The notes beneath the pieces were generated by a model, which had not been told where the DNA came from, did no database searches, and worked only from the letters and a program-made list of their open reading frames with translations. A stretch of DNA of 56,558 bases from a virus. A program made the position numbers and the translations under genes. Shown here in pieces: positions 15,348-23,697 of the stretch. The DNA lies in the IMG/VR virus record IMGVR_UViG_3300045988_053446, positions 1-56,558 of that record; one strand, 5' to 3'. Position 1 is the stretch's first letter; each line of letters begins with the position of its first letter.

Positions 15348-15770
15348 ATGACAACTAAGGATTATCTGAATCAGATAAGTTATTACAGCAAGATAATTGA
15401 TAATAAATTGATAGAAATAACACAGTATAAAGAATTATCATACAGCATATCAGCGGCTGTAAATGAAGAAAGAGTTATGTCATCATCAGATCCAGACAAA
15501 ACAGGCTGCGGATATGTCAGACTTGAACAAATGGAAGAAAGCCTTGATAAGCTTATAGATAAATATATTGATGTAAAAAACAAAATAATAGAGCAGATAG
15601 AGCAGATAAACAATGAAGACTATTATACAGTATTGTTTCTAAGATATATTAGAAAATTTACATTTGAAAAAATTGCAAATGAAACAGACTGGTGTTGGCG
15701 ACAGGTACACAGGATACACGCTAAAGCATTACAAGCCTTTGAAGACAAATATGGGAGTGAATATCTGTAA
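15348..15770 (+). CDS. sigma-70 region-4-like phage transcriptional regulator (ArpU/RinA/DUF1492 class)
   Basis: C-terminal ...YYTVLFLRYIRKFTFEKIANETDWCWRQVHRIHAKALQAFE. Confidence 0.45.
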   Translation: MTTKDYLNQISYYSKIIDNKLIEITQYKELSYSISAAVNEERVMSSSDPDKTGCGYVRLEQMEESLDKLIDKYIDVKNKIIEQIEQINNEDYYTVLFLRYIRKFTFEKIANETDWCWRQVHRIHAKALQAFEDKYGSEYL

Positions 15771-15861
15771 AAGATGTCATAGAATGTCACATTGCCGGCG
15801 TGGTATAGTATATCTGTAAGAAGTCACAAAGATGTTTCTTCATAAACACATTCCTTATCGA

Positions 15862-15896
15862 AAGCACCGTTACTTAATTGTGGCGGTGCTTTTGTT
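15862..15896 (+). terminator. intrinsic terminator between the regulator and portal genes
   Basis: AAGCACCG-14 nt-CGGTGCTT followed by TTGTT. Confidence 0.6.
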
Positions 15897-15913
15897 ATGC
15901 AAAGAGGTAATAT

Positions 15914-16123
15914 ATGGAATTTTATAAAAATAAAGATAAGTCAATTATGTGTCCAAACTGCCATAAGTTTCTAACTAAGGCAGATAAGAAAGACCCACGC
16001 ACACACAAACTAGCTTGCAAACATTGCGGCAAATGGATTTGGTATGTGCCGAATGATGATGACAATTTTCAAATTAAAGAAATTCCACGGAGTAGAAGCT
16101 CAAGTGGTATGACATTTTATTAG
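15914..16123 (+). CDS. Com-like zinc-ribbon protein
   Basis: CPNC...CKHC four-Cys pattern. Confidence 0.35.
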   Translation: MEFYKNKDKSIMCPNCHKFLTKADKKDPRTHKLACKHCGKWIWYVPNDDDNFQIKEIPRSRSSSGMTFY

Positions 16124-16134
16124 AGGTGTAAGAA

Positions 16135-17691
16135 ATGCAGACAGGAAGAATTGTATTAACAACGGATGTTCCGGAAATAACATATGAAAATGTGTTAGAT
16201 GTATTAAGAGATGTCTTTTCAACACACATACAAAACGCCAACAGAATACAGTATCTTCTTGATTACGATGCAGGAATACAGCCGATAATTAGGAAGAACC
16301 CTAAGACTTACAGACCGGACATTGATTGTGAGTGTATAGATAATGTCGCTCATCAAGCATCAGAATTTTGGACTTCATTCGCTTGGGGAAATCCTATTTC
16401 ACTTGTGCAGAATGGTGATGGAAAAGAGAAATTCGTCGCAGACGGAATATCAGAGCTTAATAAACAGTACGAACTTGCAAAGATTAAAGCAAAGACACAA
16501 GACTTGGGAAGATATGTAACAATCGGGGCAATATGTAATGTTCTTGTAGACGTGAATATGGAATGGAAAAAGAATAAACCATATTTTACATTAGACATAT
16601 TAGACCCACGAACATCATTTGTAGTGAAGTCAAGCTATTATTCCGATAAGCGAACAATGATGGGCGTTACTTACAGACACGATAGAATAACCGGGAACAA
16701 CTACTACACTTGCTTTACAAAAGATTTCCGCTTTGAAGTGGTTAATCTCAATAAGATTGCGAACGGAGATTATACGAAAAAAGAAGCGTGGAGGCATCAA
16801 CAAAGAAGCGGGGAAGTGAATCCACTTGGAATTGTGCCAATCATTGAGTATTTCCGGTCATATGACAGAATGGGAGTTTGGGAACATCAGAAATCAGAAT
16901 TAGACAATCTTAACTTGCTTATTTCTGATTTTACTAACGATGTTGAACAGAATACACAGGCAGTTTGGCATACAAATGATGTTGATTTCCCTGTAGAGAG
17001 AAAAGTTACAGACAATGAGGATGGCACGCAGACTATTGAAGAAACTGTAAGGAAACCAAAATCTGGCGAGTGGATGCAGACTTATACATCGGCGGACGGA
17101 AAGACACCAATTGTTGAATCTCTTGCAATTAATTACGATTACACAGGGATGCTCAATAACATCCAATATCGTAGAAATAAGATACTTGAAAAATGCAACG
17201 TGCCACTTACTAATGACAATGCATCTAACATAACAGGTGTTGCGGCTAGTAATGCAAGTGGATGGGACCACGCAGAGGCAGCAGCAACAAAGTTACAGAT
17301 GATAACCGAAAGCTGCAAAATGGATGAACTAGAAGTAGTTCTTGCGGCTATTGATAAAAGTCCGTATGTCCCACAAGATAGCCCATTAAGACTTATAAGC
17401 CTTGAGGATATTGAAATTAACATTAAGAGACAAAAGCTATATGAGTTATCAACAAAAGTCAACAGTATAGCAACACTTATTAATGCAGGCATTAATGGAG
17501 GAAAAGTACTTAATGCAATTCCTGTATTTGACGACCCTAACGAAGTTTGGGAAGCAAGCAAGGAAACAGTCGAAAAAATACAAAAGAGCAACATTAAAGA
17601 TGATGCAACTAACAATGACCGCATAATGCAAGATTTGAGCGACCAAGTTAGCAACAGCCCTCTGATTGATAAGAGCAGAACAAATAAATAA
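16135..17691 (+). CDS. portal protein
   Basis: 518 aa, positioned after terL and before the scaffold and capsid genes. Confidence 0.8.
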   Translation: MQTGRIVLTTDVPEITYENVLDVLRDVFSTHIQNANRIQYLLDYDAGIQPIIRKNPKTYRPDIDCECIDNVAHQASEFWTSFAWGNPISLVQNGDGKEKFVADGISELNKQYELAKIKAKTQDLGRYVTIGAICNVLVDVNMEWKKNKPYFTLDILDPRTSFVVKSSYYSDKRTMMGVTYRHDRITGNNYYTCFTKDFRFEVVNLNKIANGDYTKKEAWRHQQRSGEVNPLGIVPIIEYFRSYDRMGVWEHQKSELDNLNLLISDFTNDVEQNTQAVWHTNDVDFPVERKVTDNEDGTQTIEETVRKPKSGEWMQTYTSADGKTPIVESLAINYDYTGMLNNIQYRRNKILEKCNVPLTNDNASNITGVAASNASGWDHAEAAATKLQMITESCKMDELEVVLAAIDKSPYVPQDSPLRLISLEDIEINIKRQKLYELSTKVNSIATLINAGINGGKVLNAIPVFDDPNEVWEASKETVEKIQKSNIKDDATNNDRIMQDLSDQVSNSPLIDKSRTNK

Positions 17692-17702
17692 TCAAGGTAT
17701 AT

Positions 17703-17733
17703 AGCCACTGGGAATTATCCTAGTGGCTTTTTA
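17703..17733 (+). terminator. intrinsic terminator after the portal gene
   Basis: AGCCACT...AGTGGCT followed by TTTTT. Confidence 0.6.
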
Positions 17734-17806
17734 TATGCACAGAGAAGTGGATAAAACACAATGAGACAGAGAAGTCAAGAAAACACAGAAAAGTGAGGTA
17801 ACGAAA

Positions 17807-18373
17807 ATGGCAGATGAAGCTAAATCAACAGCAACCGAAAACCCAACAGATACACAGACAACCGAAGTAAAGCCAAATACACCCACAGTTGAAGAACTGA
17901 TGGCACAGCTTGCTACAGAAAAGGCAGACAGAGCCAAGGAAAAGCAGGCACTTGATAAGGCTTTAAGGGAAAAAGGAGAGCTTACCAAGGCTTTAAGAGC
18001 AAAGCAGACAACCGAGGAGCAGGAAGCGGAAGCTAAGGCAGAAGCGGAACGCTTACAGAATGAGAAGTATGAGGAAGCTGTAAAAGAACTTAATCATATT
18101 AAAGCGGTTAATGCTTACAAGAGCGTATCTGAAAAGTCTGTAGAAAAACTGATTGATGCAGTTTCGGACGCAGACCATAACACTATTGCAGCAATTATAG
18201 AAGCTGAAAAGAAAGCAGCAGTCGCAGAAGCACAGACCGAATGGATGAAATCAAGACCTAGAGTTAATACAGGCGGAGAATATTCCGGCATGACAAAGGA
18301 ACAGATTATGGCTATTCCGGACAGAAATGAGCGTAGAAAAGCTATTGCTATGAATATGGATTTATTTAATTAG
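17807..18373 (+). CDS. scaffolding protein
   Basis: Acidic, Ala/Glu/Lys-rich coiled-coil-like protein immediately upstream of the capsid gene. Confidence 0.6.
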   Translation: MADEAKSTATENPTDTQTTEVKPNTPTVEELMAQLATEKADRAKEKQALDKALREKGELTKALRAKQTTEEQEAEAKAEAERLQNEKYEEAVKELNHIKAVNAYKSVSEKSVEKLIDAVSDADHNTIAAIIEAEKKAAVAEAQTEWMKSRPRVNTGGEYSGMTKEQIMAIPDRNERRKAIAMNMDLFN

Positions 18374-18382
18374 GAGGTAAAT

Positions 18383-19255
18383 ATGGCGGCAGAAGAAAAT
18401 TTAATTAAGAAAGCTGACCTTGTAAGAGCAAGAGAGGTTGAGTTTGTAAACATTTTTAGTGAAAACATCAAGAAGTTAATTGAGGCACTTGGAGTAACAA
18501 GAAAGATTCCAAAGCAGGCAGGCTACACATTAAAGTCCTACAAGGCTACAGGAACACTTGAAAACGGAGAAGTCGCAGAGGGCGAAACAATCCCACTCTC
18601 TAAGTATCAGACAGTTGCAGTAAACTACAAGGAAATTACTTTGAAGAAGTGGAGAAAAGCCACATCGGCAGAGGCGATTATCAGTGGAGGCTATGACCAG
18701 GCGGTACAGATGACAACTGACAGAATGTTACTTGATGTTCAGAAAGGCATTAGAGGCGACTTTTTCACATTCCTTGCAACAGGCACAGGAACAGCAACAG
18801 GCGTAGATTTTCAGGCAGCACTTGCACAGGCTTGGGGACAGTTACAGGTCAAGTTTGAAGACGATTCAATCGAAGCTGTGTATTTTATGAATCCACTTGA
18901 TGTAGCTGATTATCTTGCTAAAGCACAGATTACATTACAGACAGCATTCGGTATGACTTATGTAGAGAACTTCCTCGGTCTTGGAACTGTTATTTTTGAC
19001 AGCAAAGTACCAAAGGGAACCATCTACGCAACAGCAAAAGACAATATCGTACTGTATTACATTCCTGTTAATGGTGCAGACCTCGGAGAAGCGTTTGATT
19101 TCACATCAGACCAGACAGGCCTTATTGGTATTCACGAAACACCGGACTACAGCAATATGACAGCTTCTGACACAGTGGTTTCCGGCATTGTACTTTTTGC
19201 TGAAAGACTTGACGGAATTATTAAGTCTACAATCACAGAGGCAGAAGCGGCGTAA
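18383..19255 (+). CDS. major capsid protein
   Basis: 290 aa. Position after the scaffold gene. AGGAGG RBS. Confidence 0.7.
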   Translation: MAAEENLIKKADLVRAREVEFVNIFSENIKKLIEALGVTRKIPKQAGYTLKSYKATGTLENGEVAEGETIPLSKYQTVAVNYKEITLKKWRKATSAEAIISGGYDQAVQMTTDRMLLDVQKGIRGDFFTFLATGTGTATGVDFQAALAQAWGQLQVKFEDDSIEAVYFMNPLDVADYLAKAQITLQTAFGMTYVENFLGLGTVIFDSKVPKGTIYATAKDNIVLYYIPVNGADLGEAFDFTSDQTGLIGIHETPDYSNMTASDTVVSGIVLFAERLDGIIKSTITEAEAA

Positions 19256-19266
19256 GGAGAATTGTT

Positions 19267-19623
19267 ATGAGTTATAAGGTAATTTACAGGTTTATGGATT
19301 TACAAGACTTTAATCACATATACGAAGTTGGAGATGAATACCCTAGAAATGGTTCAGAAACAACTCCGTCAAGAATCAGAGAACTTGCAACCACAGAAAA
19401 TAAAATCGGCAAACCGCTAATAAAAGGTATGCAGAATAATAATAGTTCTGTAAAACCTGTAGATTTGCCGAATGAACATAGCAAGGATTTGAATAAGACA
19501 GCTATAAATCGTATGTCTACATCTGATTTGCAGGCATTTGCCGCAGGGCAAGGTATAGACAATGCAGAAGAACTTACAGGAGCAGAATTAAAGAAGCTGT
19601 TAATTGAGAAATTAGGATTATAG
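19267..19623 (+). CDS. hypothetical head-associated protein with a Rho-N/SAP-like C-terminus
   Basis: C-terminal ...LQAFAAGQGIDNAEELTGAELKKLLIEKLGL. Confidence 0.45.
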   Translation: MSYKVIYRFMDLQDFNHIYEVGDEYPRNGSETTPSRIRELATTENKIGKPLIKGMQNNNSSVKPVDLPNEHSKDLNKTAINRMSTSDLQAFAAGQGIDNAEELTGAELKKLLIEKLGL

Positions 19624-19633
19624 GAGCTGAATT

Positions 19634-20011
19634 ATGGAATACACCACATTAGAACAGGTCAAAATCAGACTTAAACAATTTCATATTGATACAGTCACAA
19701 ATGATGATGAAACAACATCTGATGTGGTAGTGTTCGATAACAAAGAAGATAATCCGATAATCGAACAGCTCATTAAGCAGGCTACAGAAGATGTAAAGGC
19801 AAGAAGAAACTACCCCGACAGCTACACAGATGAAATGATAACCGATGATTTGAAGAAATTTGAGAGTGTTATCGTTAATTTGGCTGTCTATGACCATTCA
19901 CAGGCAGGCGAAGCATTTATGGCAAGTTACAATGAGAATGGCGTAAACAGAACTTGGAAAGATAGAGATAGCTTATTTGTTGGGGTATTTCCGTTTGCTA
20001 AAGTGTTATAG
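19634..20011 (+). CDS. head-tail connector (gp6-like) protein
   Basis: Size, position and N-terminal ...TLEQVKIRLKQ... pattern. Confidence 0.5.
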   Translation: MEYTTLEQVKIRLKQFHIDTVTNDDETTSDVVVFDNKEDNPIIEQLIKQATEDVKARRNYPDSYTDEMITDDLKKFESVIVNLAVYDHSQAGEAFMASYNENGVNRTWKDRDSLFVGVFPFAKVL

Positions 20012-20115
20012 AAGACTGTGCGTTAGCATTTTGCTGATGTCAGCAATATGTTAGCAGGCGGCACACATTAAGGGTGGTGGGCGGTGTGCCTATTAATAAT
20101 TACAGGAGATATAAA

Positions 20116-20421
20116 ATGAAAGAATTTTTATTACAGACATATACAATAATATTACCTATCGTATTAGGTTATATTGTCTGGCTCCTTAAACAGCAAAAAA
20201 AGGACAAAGACGCCAATAGCAAAGGTACAATGTTACTTTTGCGTGTACAGCTTATCGAATACCACGATAAGTATATGAAACTCGGTGAAATACCATCCTA
20301 TGCTTATGATAATTTTGTTGAAATGTATAACGTATATCACGCATTGGGCGGGAATGGTATGGTAACCAAAATGTATAACGAAATACAGGAAATTCACTTA
20401 AAGAATGGAGGTAAAGACTAA
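20116..20421 (+). CDS. membrane protein with one N-terminal TM helix (holin-accessory-like)
   Basis: ATG at 20116 with AGGAG RBS. TM segment TYTIILPIVLGYIVWLL. Confidence 0.45.
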   Translation: MKEFLLQTYTIILPIVLGYIVWLLKQQKKDKDANSKGTMLLLRVQLIEYHDKYMKLGEIPSYAYDNFVEMYNVYHALGGNGMVTKMYNEIQEIHLKNGGKD

Positions 20422-20690
20422 TGGATATAACATCAGTATCAACAGTAGTTGCAATCGTTGTTATCACTTATTTGATTGGTTATGCGGCTAAGCAGATACC
20501 ACAGGTTAAGGACAATTACATTCCTATAATCGTAGGCGTTGCAGGTGCTATCTTAGGCGTTATCGGTATGTATGTAATCCCAGATTATCCAGCTAATGAC
20601 ATTCTTAATGCAATAGCTGTAGGTATCGTGTCGGGATTATCAAGTACTGGCGTAAATCAGATTTATAAGCAGGTAAAGAACAATGCTTGA
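20421..20690 (+). CDS. holin-like protein (multi-TM, LL-H-type pattern)
   Basis: Three hydrophobic segments. C-terminal ...GIVSGLSSTGVNQIYKQVK. Confidence 0.55.
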   Translation: MDITSVSTVVAIVVITYLIGYAAKQIPQVKDNYIPIIVGVAGAILGVIGMYVIPDYPANDILNAIAVGIVSGLSSTGVNQIYKQVKNNA

Positions 20691-21141
20691 TATTAATAAG
20701 CGGGCTATGAAGTATTCACTTCAAGGACAGACAGTAACTATTTACGAAAGAGATGATGAGGGCAATATCCTTTATGAGGGATATACCGACACAGAAGGTA
20801 ATTTTATTCCTTATCTTGATGATGAGGGAAATAAGATACCTAAAGTTCTTGAAGAGAAAACAGGCTTTTCAGAGCCGGTTGATTTTAAAGCTAACATATC
20901 ATTTAGCGGTGGAGAAGCGCAGAGTAAAGAATACGGCTTTGATACCGCTGATTTTGATGCTATTTTGTTGACAGATAGGAATATGTTGCCTGTTCAAAAA
21001 GGCGACCTTATCTGGCTTGATAGCAAGCCTACATACACATCTGACAGCCTTATTGATGAAACATCAGCAGACTTCACGGTTGTAGGCACGAAACCAGCAT
21101 TGTGTTCAACTAAGTATATGCTTAAAGCGGTTGTAAAGTAG
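20683..21141 (+). CDS. head closure / head-tail adaptor candidate (called by position)
   Basis: ORF track. Gene order only. Confidence 0.35.
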   Translation: MLDINKRAMKYSLQGQTVTIYERDDEGNILYEGYTDTEGNFIPYLDDEGNKIPKVLEEKTGFSEPVDFKANISFSGGEAQSKEYGFDTADFDAILLTDRNMLPVQKGDLIWLDSKPTYTSDSLIDETSADFTVVGTKPALCSTKYMLKAVVK

Positions 21142-21148
21142 GTGCATT

Positions 21149-21691
21149 ATGGCAAGACATACAATTAATATATCCTTGTCTGAAAAGTCCGTAAATGAAG
21201 CTATCAGACAGCTACAACAGTATAAGAACTGGCTTATCAAAAAAACTTCACAGCTTGTCAAAGAACTTGCAGAAGTCGGAATTCCTGTCATTGATGAAAA
21301 TATGGCAAAAGCAAGTTATACATATGATGAAAAAGGTGTTCGTAGCGGTTCAGATACAAGCCATCACAGTTATGTTGAAATAAAATCCGCAGGAGAATAT
21401 GTTGAAGCAAAATTAATTGTAGAGGGCAAAGAACTTATGTTTATAGAGTTTGGAGCTGGTGTATTCTATAATGGAGCGGCTGGAAGTAGTCCACACGATA
21501 AAGGCGTTGTTAATGGTATGGTTATAGGCTCATACGGCGAACATCACGGCATACAAAAAGTGTGGGGTTACTATGATGATGACGGAAGCTTAGTTCTTAC
21601 ACACGGCGTAGAAGCACAAATGCCTGTTTATAAGGCTGATATGGAAATTATACAGAAATATGTTGAGGTAGCAAGGAGGGTGTTTAGTTAA
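21149..21691 (+). CDS. tail-completion/gp10-like candidate (called by position)
   Basis: ORF track. Gene order only. Confidence 0.35.
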   Translation: MARHTINISLSEKSVNEAIRQLQQYKNWLIKKTSQLVKELAEVGIPVIDENMAKASYTYDEKGVRSGSDTSHHSYVEIKSAGEYVEAKLIVEGKELMFIEFGAGVFYNGAAGSSPHDKGVVNGMVIGSYGEHHGIQKVWGYYDDDGSLVLTHGVEAQMPVYKADMEIIQKYVEVARRVFS

Positions 21692-22107
21692 TGGCAAATG
21701 CAAACGATTGGGCAATAGACCTTGAAAACACAGTTACAGCACTTGTCAAGGCTAAAACCCTAACACAGCTCAAGAAAACATATCCCAAAATAGTTATAAC
21801 AAATGAGGGAGAAAACAGCGGTCAAGCAGTATTCCCAACAGTATACATTCATTTACTACCGGCAGTTGAACAAGGACAAACGCTTGACGGACAGACAATT
21901 AACGCATTGTTAGCAACATTCCAAGTAGATGTTACCACTAACACAAGCAAGTCTGACTGTCGCAAGGTTATGGCGATAATTACAGATGCATTCAAGATAA
22001 TGAGATTCCAAGGCACATCAATGCCGGAATTTTCAATCAGCAATAAAGTACATAAGAGTACCGCTAGATTCAGACGAATGATAGCGGCAAATGACAGATT
22101 GATGTAA
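21691..22107 (+). CDS. tail terminator-like candidate (called by position)
   Basis: ATGA-type overlap with the upstream gene. Gene order only. Confidence 0.35.
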   Translation: MANANDWAIDLENTVTALVKAKTLTQLKKTYPKIVITNEGENSGQAVFPTVYIHLLPAVEQGQTLDGQTINALLATFQVDVTTNTSKSDCRKVMAIITDAFKIMRFQGTSMPEFSISNKVHKSTARFRRMIAANDRLM

Positions 22108-22109
22108 CA

Positions 22110-22136
22110 AAGAGCAGAAATGCTCTTATTTTTTTG
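22110..22136 (+). terminator. intrinsic terminator before the tail tube gene
   Basis: AAGAGCA-gaaa-TGCTCTT followed by ATTTTTTT. Confidence 0.7.
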
Positions 22137-22162
22137 CGAATTTTTAGGAGGTAGACAAAGCG

Positions 22163-22645
22163 ATGGCAAGTACAAGTTATAAAGCTAGGGTTATCTACAA
22201 GGAGCATAGCGAAGATGGTTTTGCAGGCTCATACAAGCTAATGGTTGCGGCTAAGTCGATTTCAGCACCAGTATCAGCACCTAACACAGTTGAAAGTACA
22301 ACATTTGAAGATGATTCACAGACATTCTTAATGGGTATCAAAACATCTGACGCTAAGACTTACACAGGAAACCTTGAAAAGGCTTATTTGCAGGACTTAA
22401 TCAAAGCAGAGGGCAAGCAGTTAGATATTATTCAGTTATATGGTTCTGACGGATTAGGTGCGGTTGCTAAGTACGCATTTGTGGGGCAGGTAACAGCAAC
22501 GCCTAATGATGTTTCTGGTACTGATTCGGTACTTGAAATGACAGTAACAGCAGTTCCTAACACTTCACCTATCGAATGCACAGACAAGCTTCAAGTTGTC
22601 GAGGGTGCTGGTGGCACATTCACAGTAACAAAGGTGGGGGAATAA
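22163..22645 (+). CDS. major tail (tube) protein
   Basis: 160 aa, immediately upstream of the chaperone pair and tape measure. Confidence 0.6.
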   Translation: MASTSYKARVIYKEHSEDGFAGSYKLMVAAKSISAPVSAPNTVESTTFEDDSQTFLMGIKTSDAKTYTGNLEKAYLQDLIKAEGKQLDIIQLYGSDGLGAVAKYAFVGQVTATPNDVSGTDSVLEMTVTAVPNTSPIECTDKLQVVEGAGGTFTVTKVGE

Positions 22646-22649
22646 TAAG

Positions 22650-22782
22650 CCAATCGACTAAATCAAAGGCTGTGTCGATTGGTGGTACAAACGCCAAAAC
22701 AGCCGACTACACATCATATCTTGATGATGTAACAGAATAATTATTTTAAAAGGTAGGTGCGGTGTAAAATCCGCACCTTTCC
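22650..22782 (+). terminator. two strong hairpins after the tail tube gene (attenuator/terminator-like)
   Basis: CCAATCGAC/GTCGATTGG at 22650..22682. AGGTGCGG/CCGCACCT at 22755..22778. Weak T-runs. Confidence 0.4.
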
Positions 22783-22817
22783 CTATATGGACGATAGGGT
22801 GGGAAAGGGTAAAAATT

Positions 22818-23324
22818 ATGATGAATATTAATGTAAACGGAAAAGAATACAAAGTTGAGTTTTCTTTCGGTGCGGCAGAGTGTGAAAGCATTGTGCAGAA
22901 GATGTTTGAATGTATAACCTCTTCTTGCTTGTCTACGATTTCCACCAAAACAGCAAAGAGTGAAAGTGAAGCGGCAAAGCTTGCGTTTGGTGTTCTTGGC
23001 GAAACTGTATCAAAAGCATCGGAAATTTGCGTCACAGCCATTTATGCAGGCTGTATTGACAACAATCCTGTAACTATGGATGAAGCAAAGGAACTCACTA
23101 GAGCATATATTACAGAGAAGAGAAAGACAGATAAGAGTTACGGATATAGAACATTGTTTGAAGAAATTAAGAAAGCGATGAAAGATGATGGTTTTTTCGA
23201 GTTGAGCGGAATAACAGCGATGTTAGAGGAATTGGCGGACAATGTGGAAGAAGCAACAAAAGAGCAGAAGAAGCCAACAGTAGTTCCACAAGACCACAAG
23301 AAAAAGCAGACTTCCACAAAATAA
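22818..23324 (+). CDS. tail assembly chaperone (G-like, 0-frame product)
   Basis: Position upstream of the tape measure. Contains the slippery site. Confidence 0.7.
   Translation: MMNINVNGKEYKVEFSFGAAECESIVQKMFECITSSCLSTISTKTAKSESEAAKLAFGVLGETVSKASEICVTAIYAGCIDNNPVTMDEAKELTRAYITEKRKTDKSYGYRTLFEEIKKAMKDDGFFELSGITAMLEELADNVEEATKEQKKPTVVPQDHKKKQTSTK
23192..23198 (+). promoter_or_regulatory. -1 programmed ribosomal frameshift slippery heptamer T_TTT_TTC
   Basis: 0-frame reads GGT TTT TTC. The -1 frame is open from 23189 to 23683. Confidence 0.7.
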
Positions 23325-23683
23325 TCTGGGAAGAATACTTTGTCTTAGCTAGTTCACTAGGCGTTAGTTATTCGGACTTTTTAAAAATGACACCTACAAA
23401 ATTATTACTATATGCAAAAGGCAAAAAAATTGATAGACAAAATCGAGACGCAGAAATGTATAACTGGTTTTTGGCTTACGCAATTCCAGCTATTTCTTGC
23501 GGAATAGGTGCGGCATTTAATAAAGATGTACACATTGAATATCCTAAGCAAGCTATTTTATCAGAAAAAACAGAAGAAAGTGAAGGAGATACATACGATA
23601 AGGAGTTACAGCTGATGTTACTCAATGAGCAAAAATGGGCGGCACAGACTGAAAAGAGAGGGCTACCGCCAACAATCCTATAA
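23198..23683 (+). CDS. -1 frame extension of the tail assembly chaperone (GT-like fusion 22818..23198 + 23198..23683)
   Basis: The -1 frame overlaps the last 135 nt of the 0-frame ORF with no stop. The track ORF 23387..23683 is its distal part. Confidence 0.6.
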   Translation, partial: RVERNNSDVRGIGGQCGRSNKRAEEANSSSTRPQEKADFHKIIWEEYFVLASSLGVSYSDFLKMTPTKLLLYAKGKKIDRQNRDAEMYNWFLAYAIPAISCGIGAAFNKDVHIEYPKQAILSEKTEESEGDTYDKELQLMLLNEQKWAAQTEKRGLPPTIL

Positions 23684-23697
23684 AAGGGGGTTAAAGC

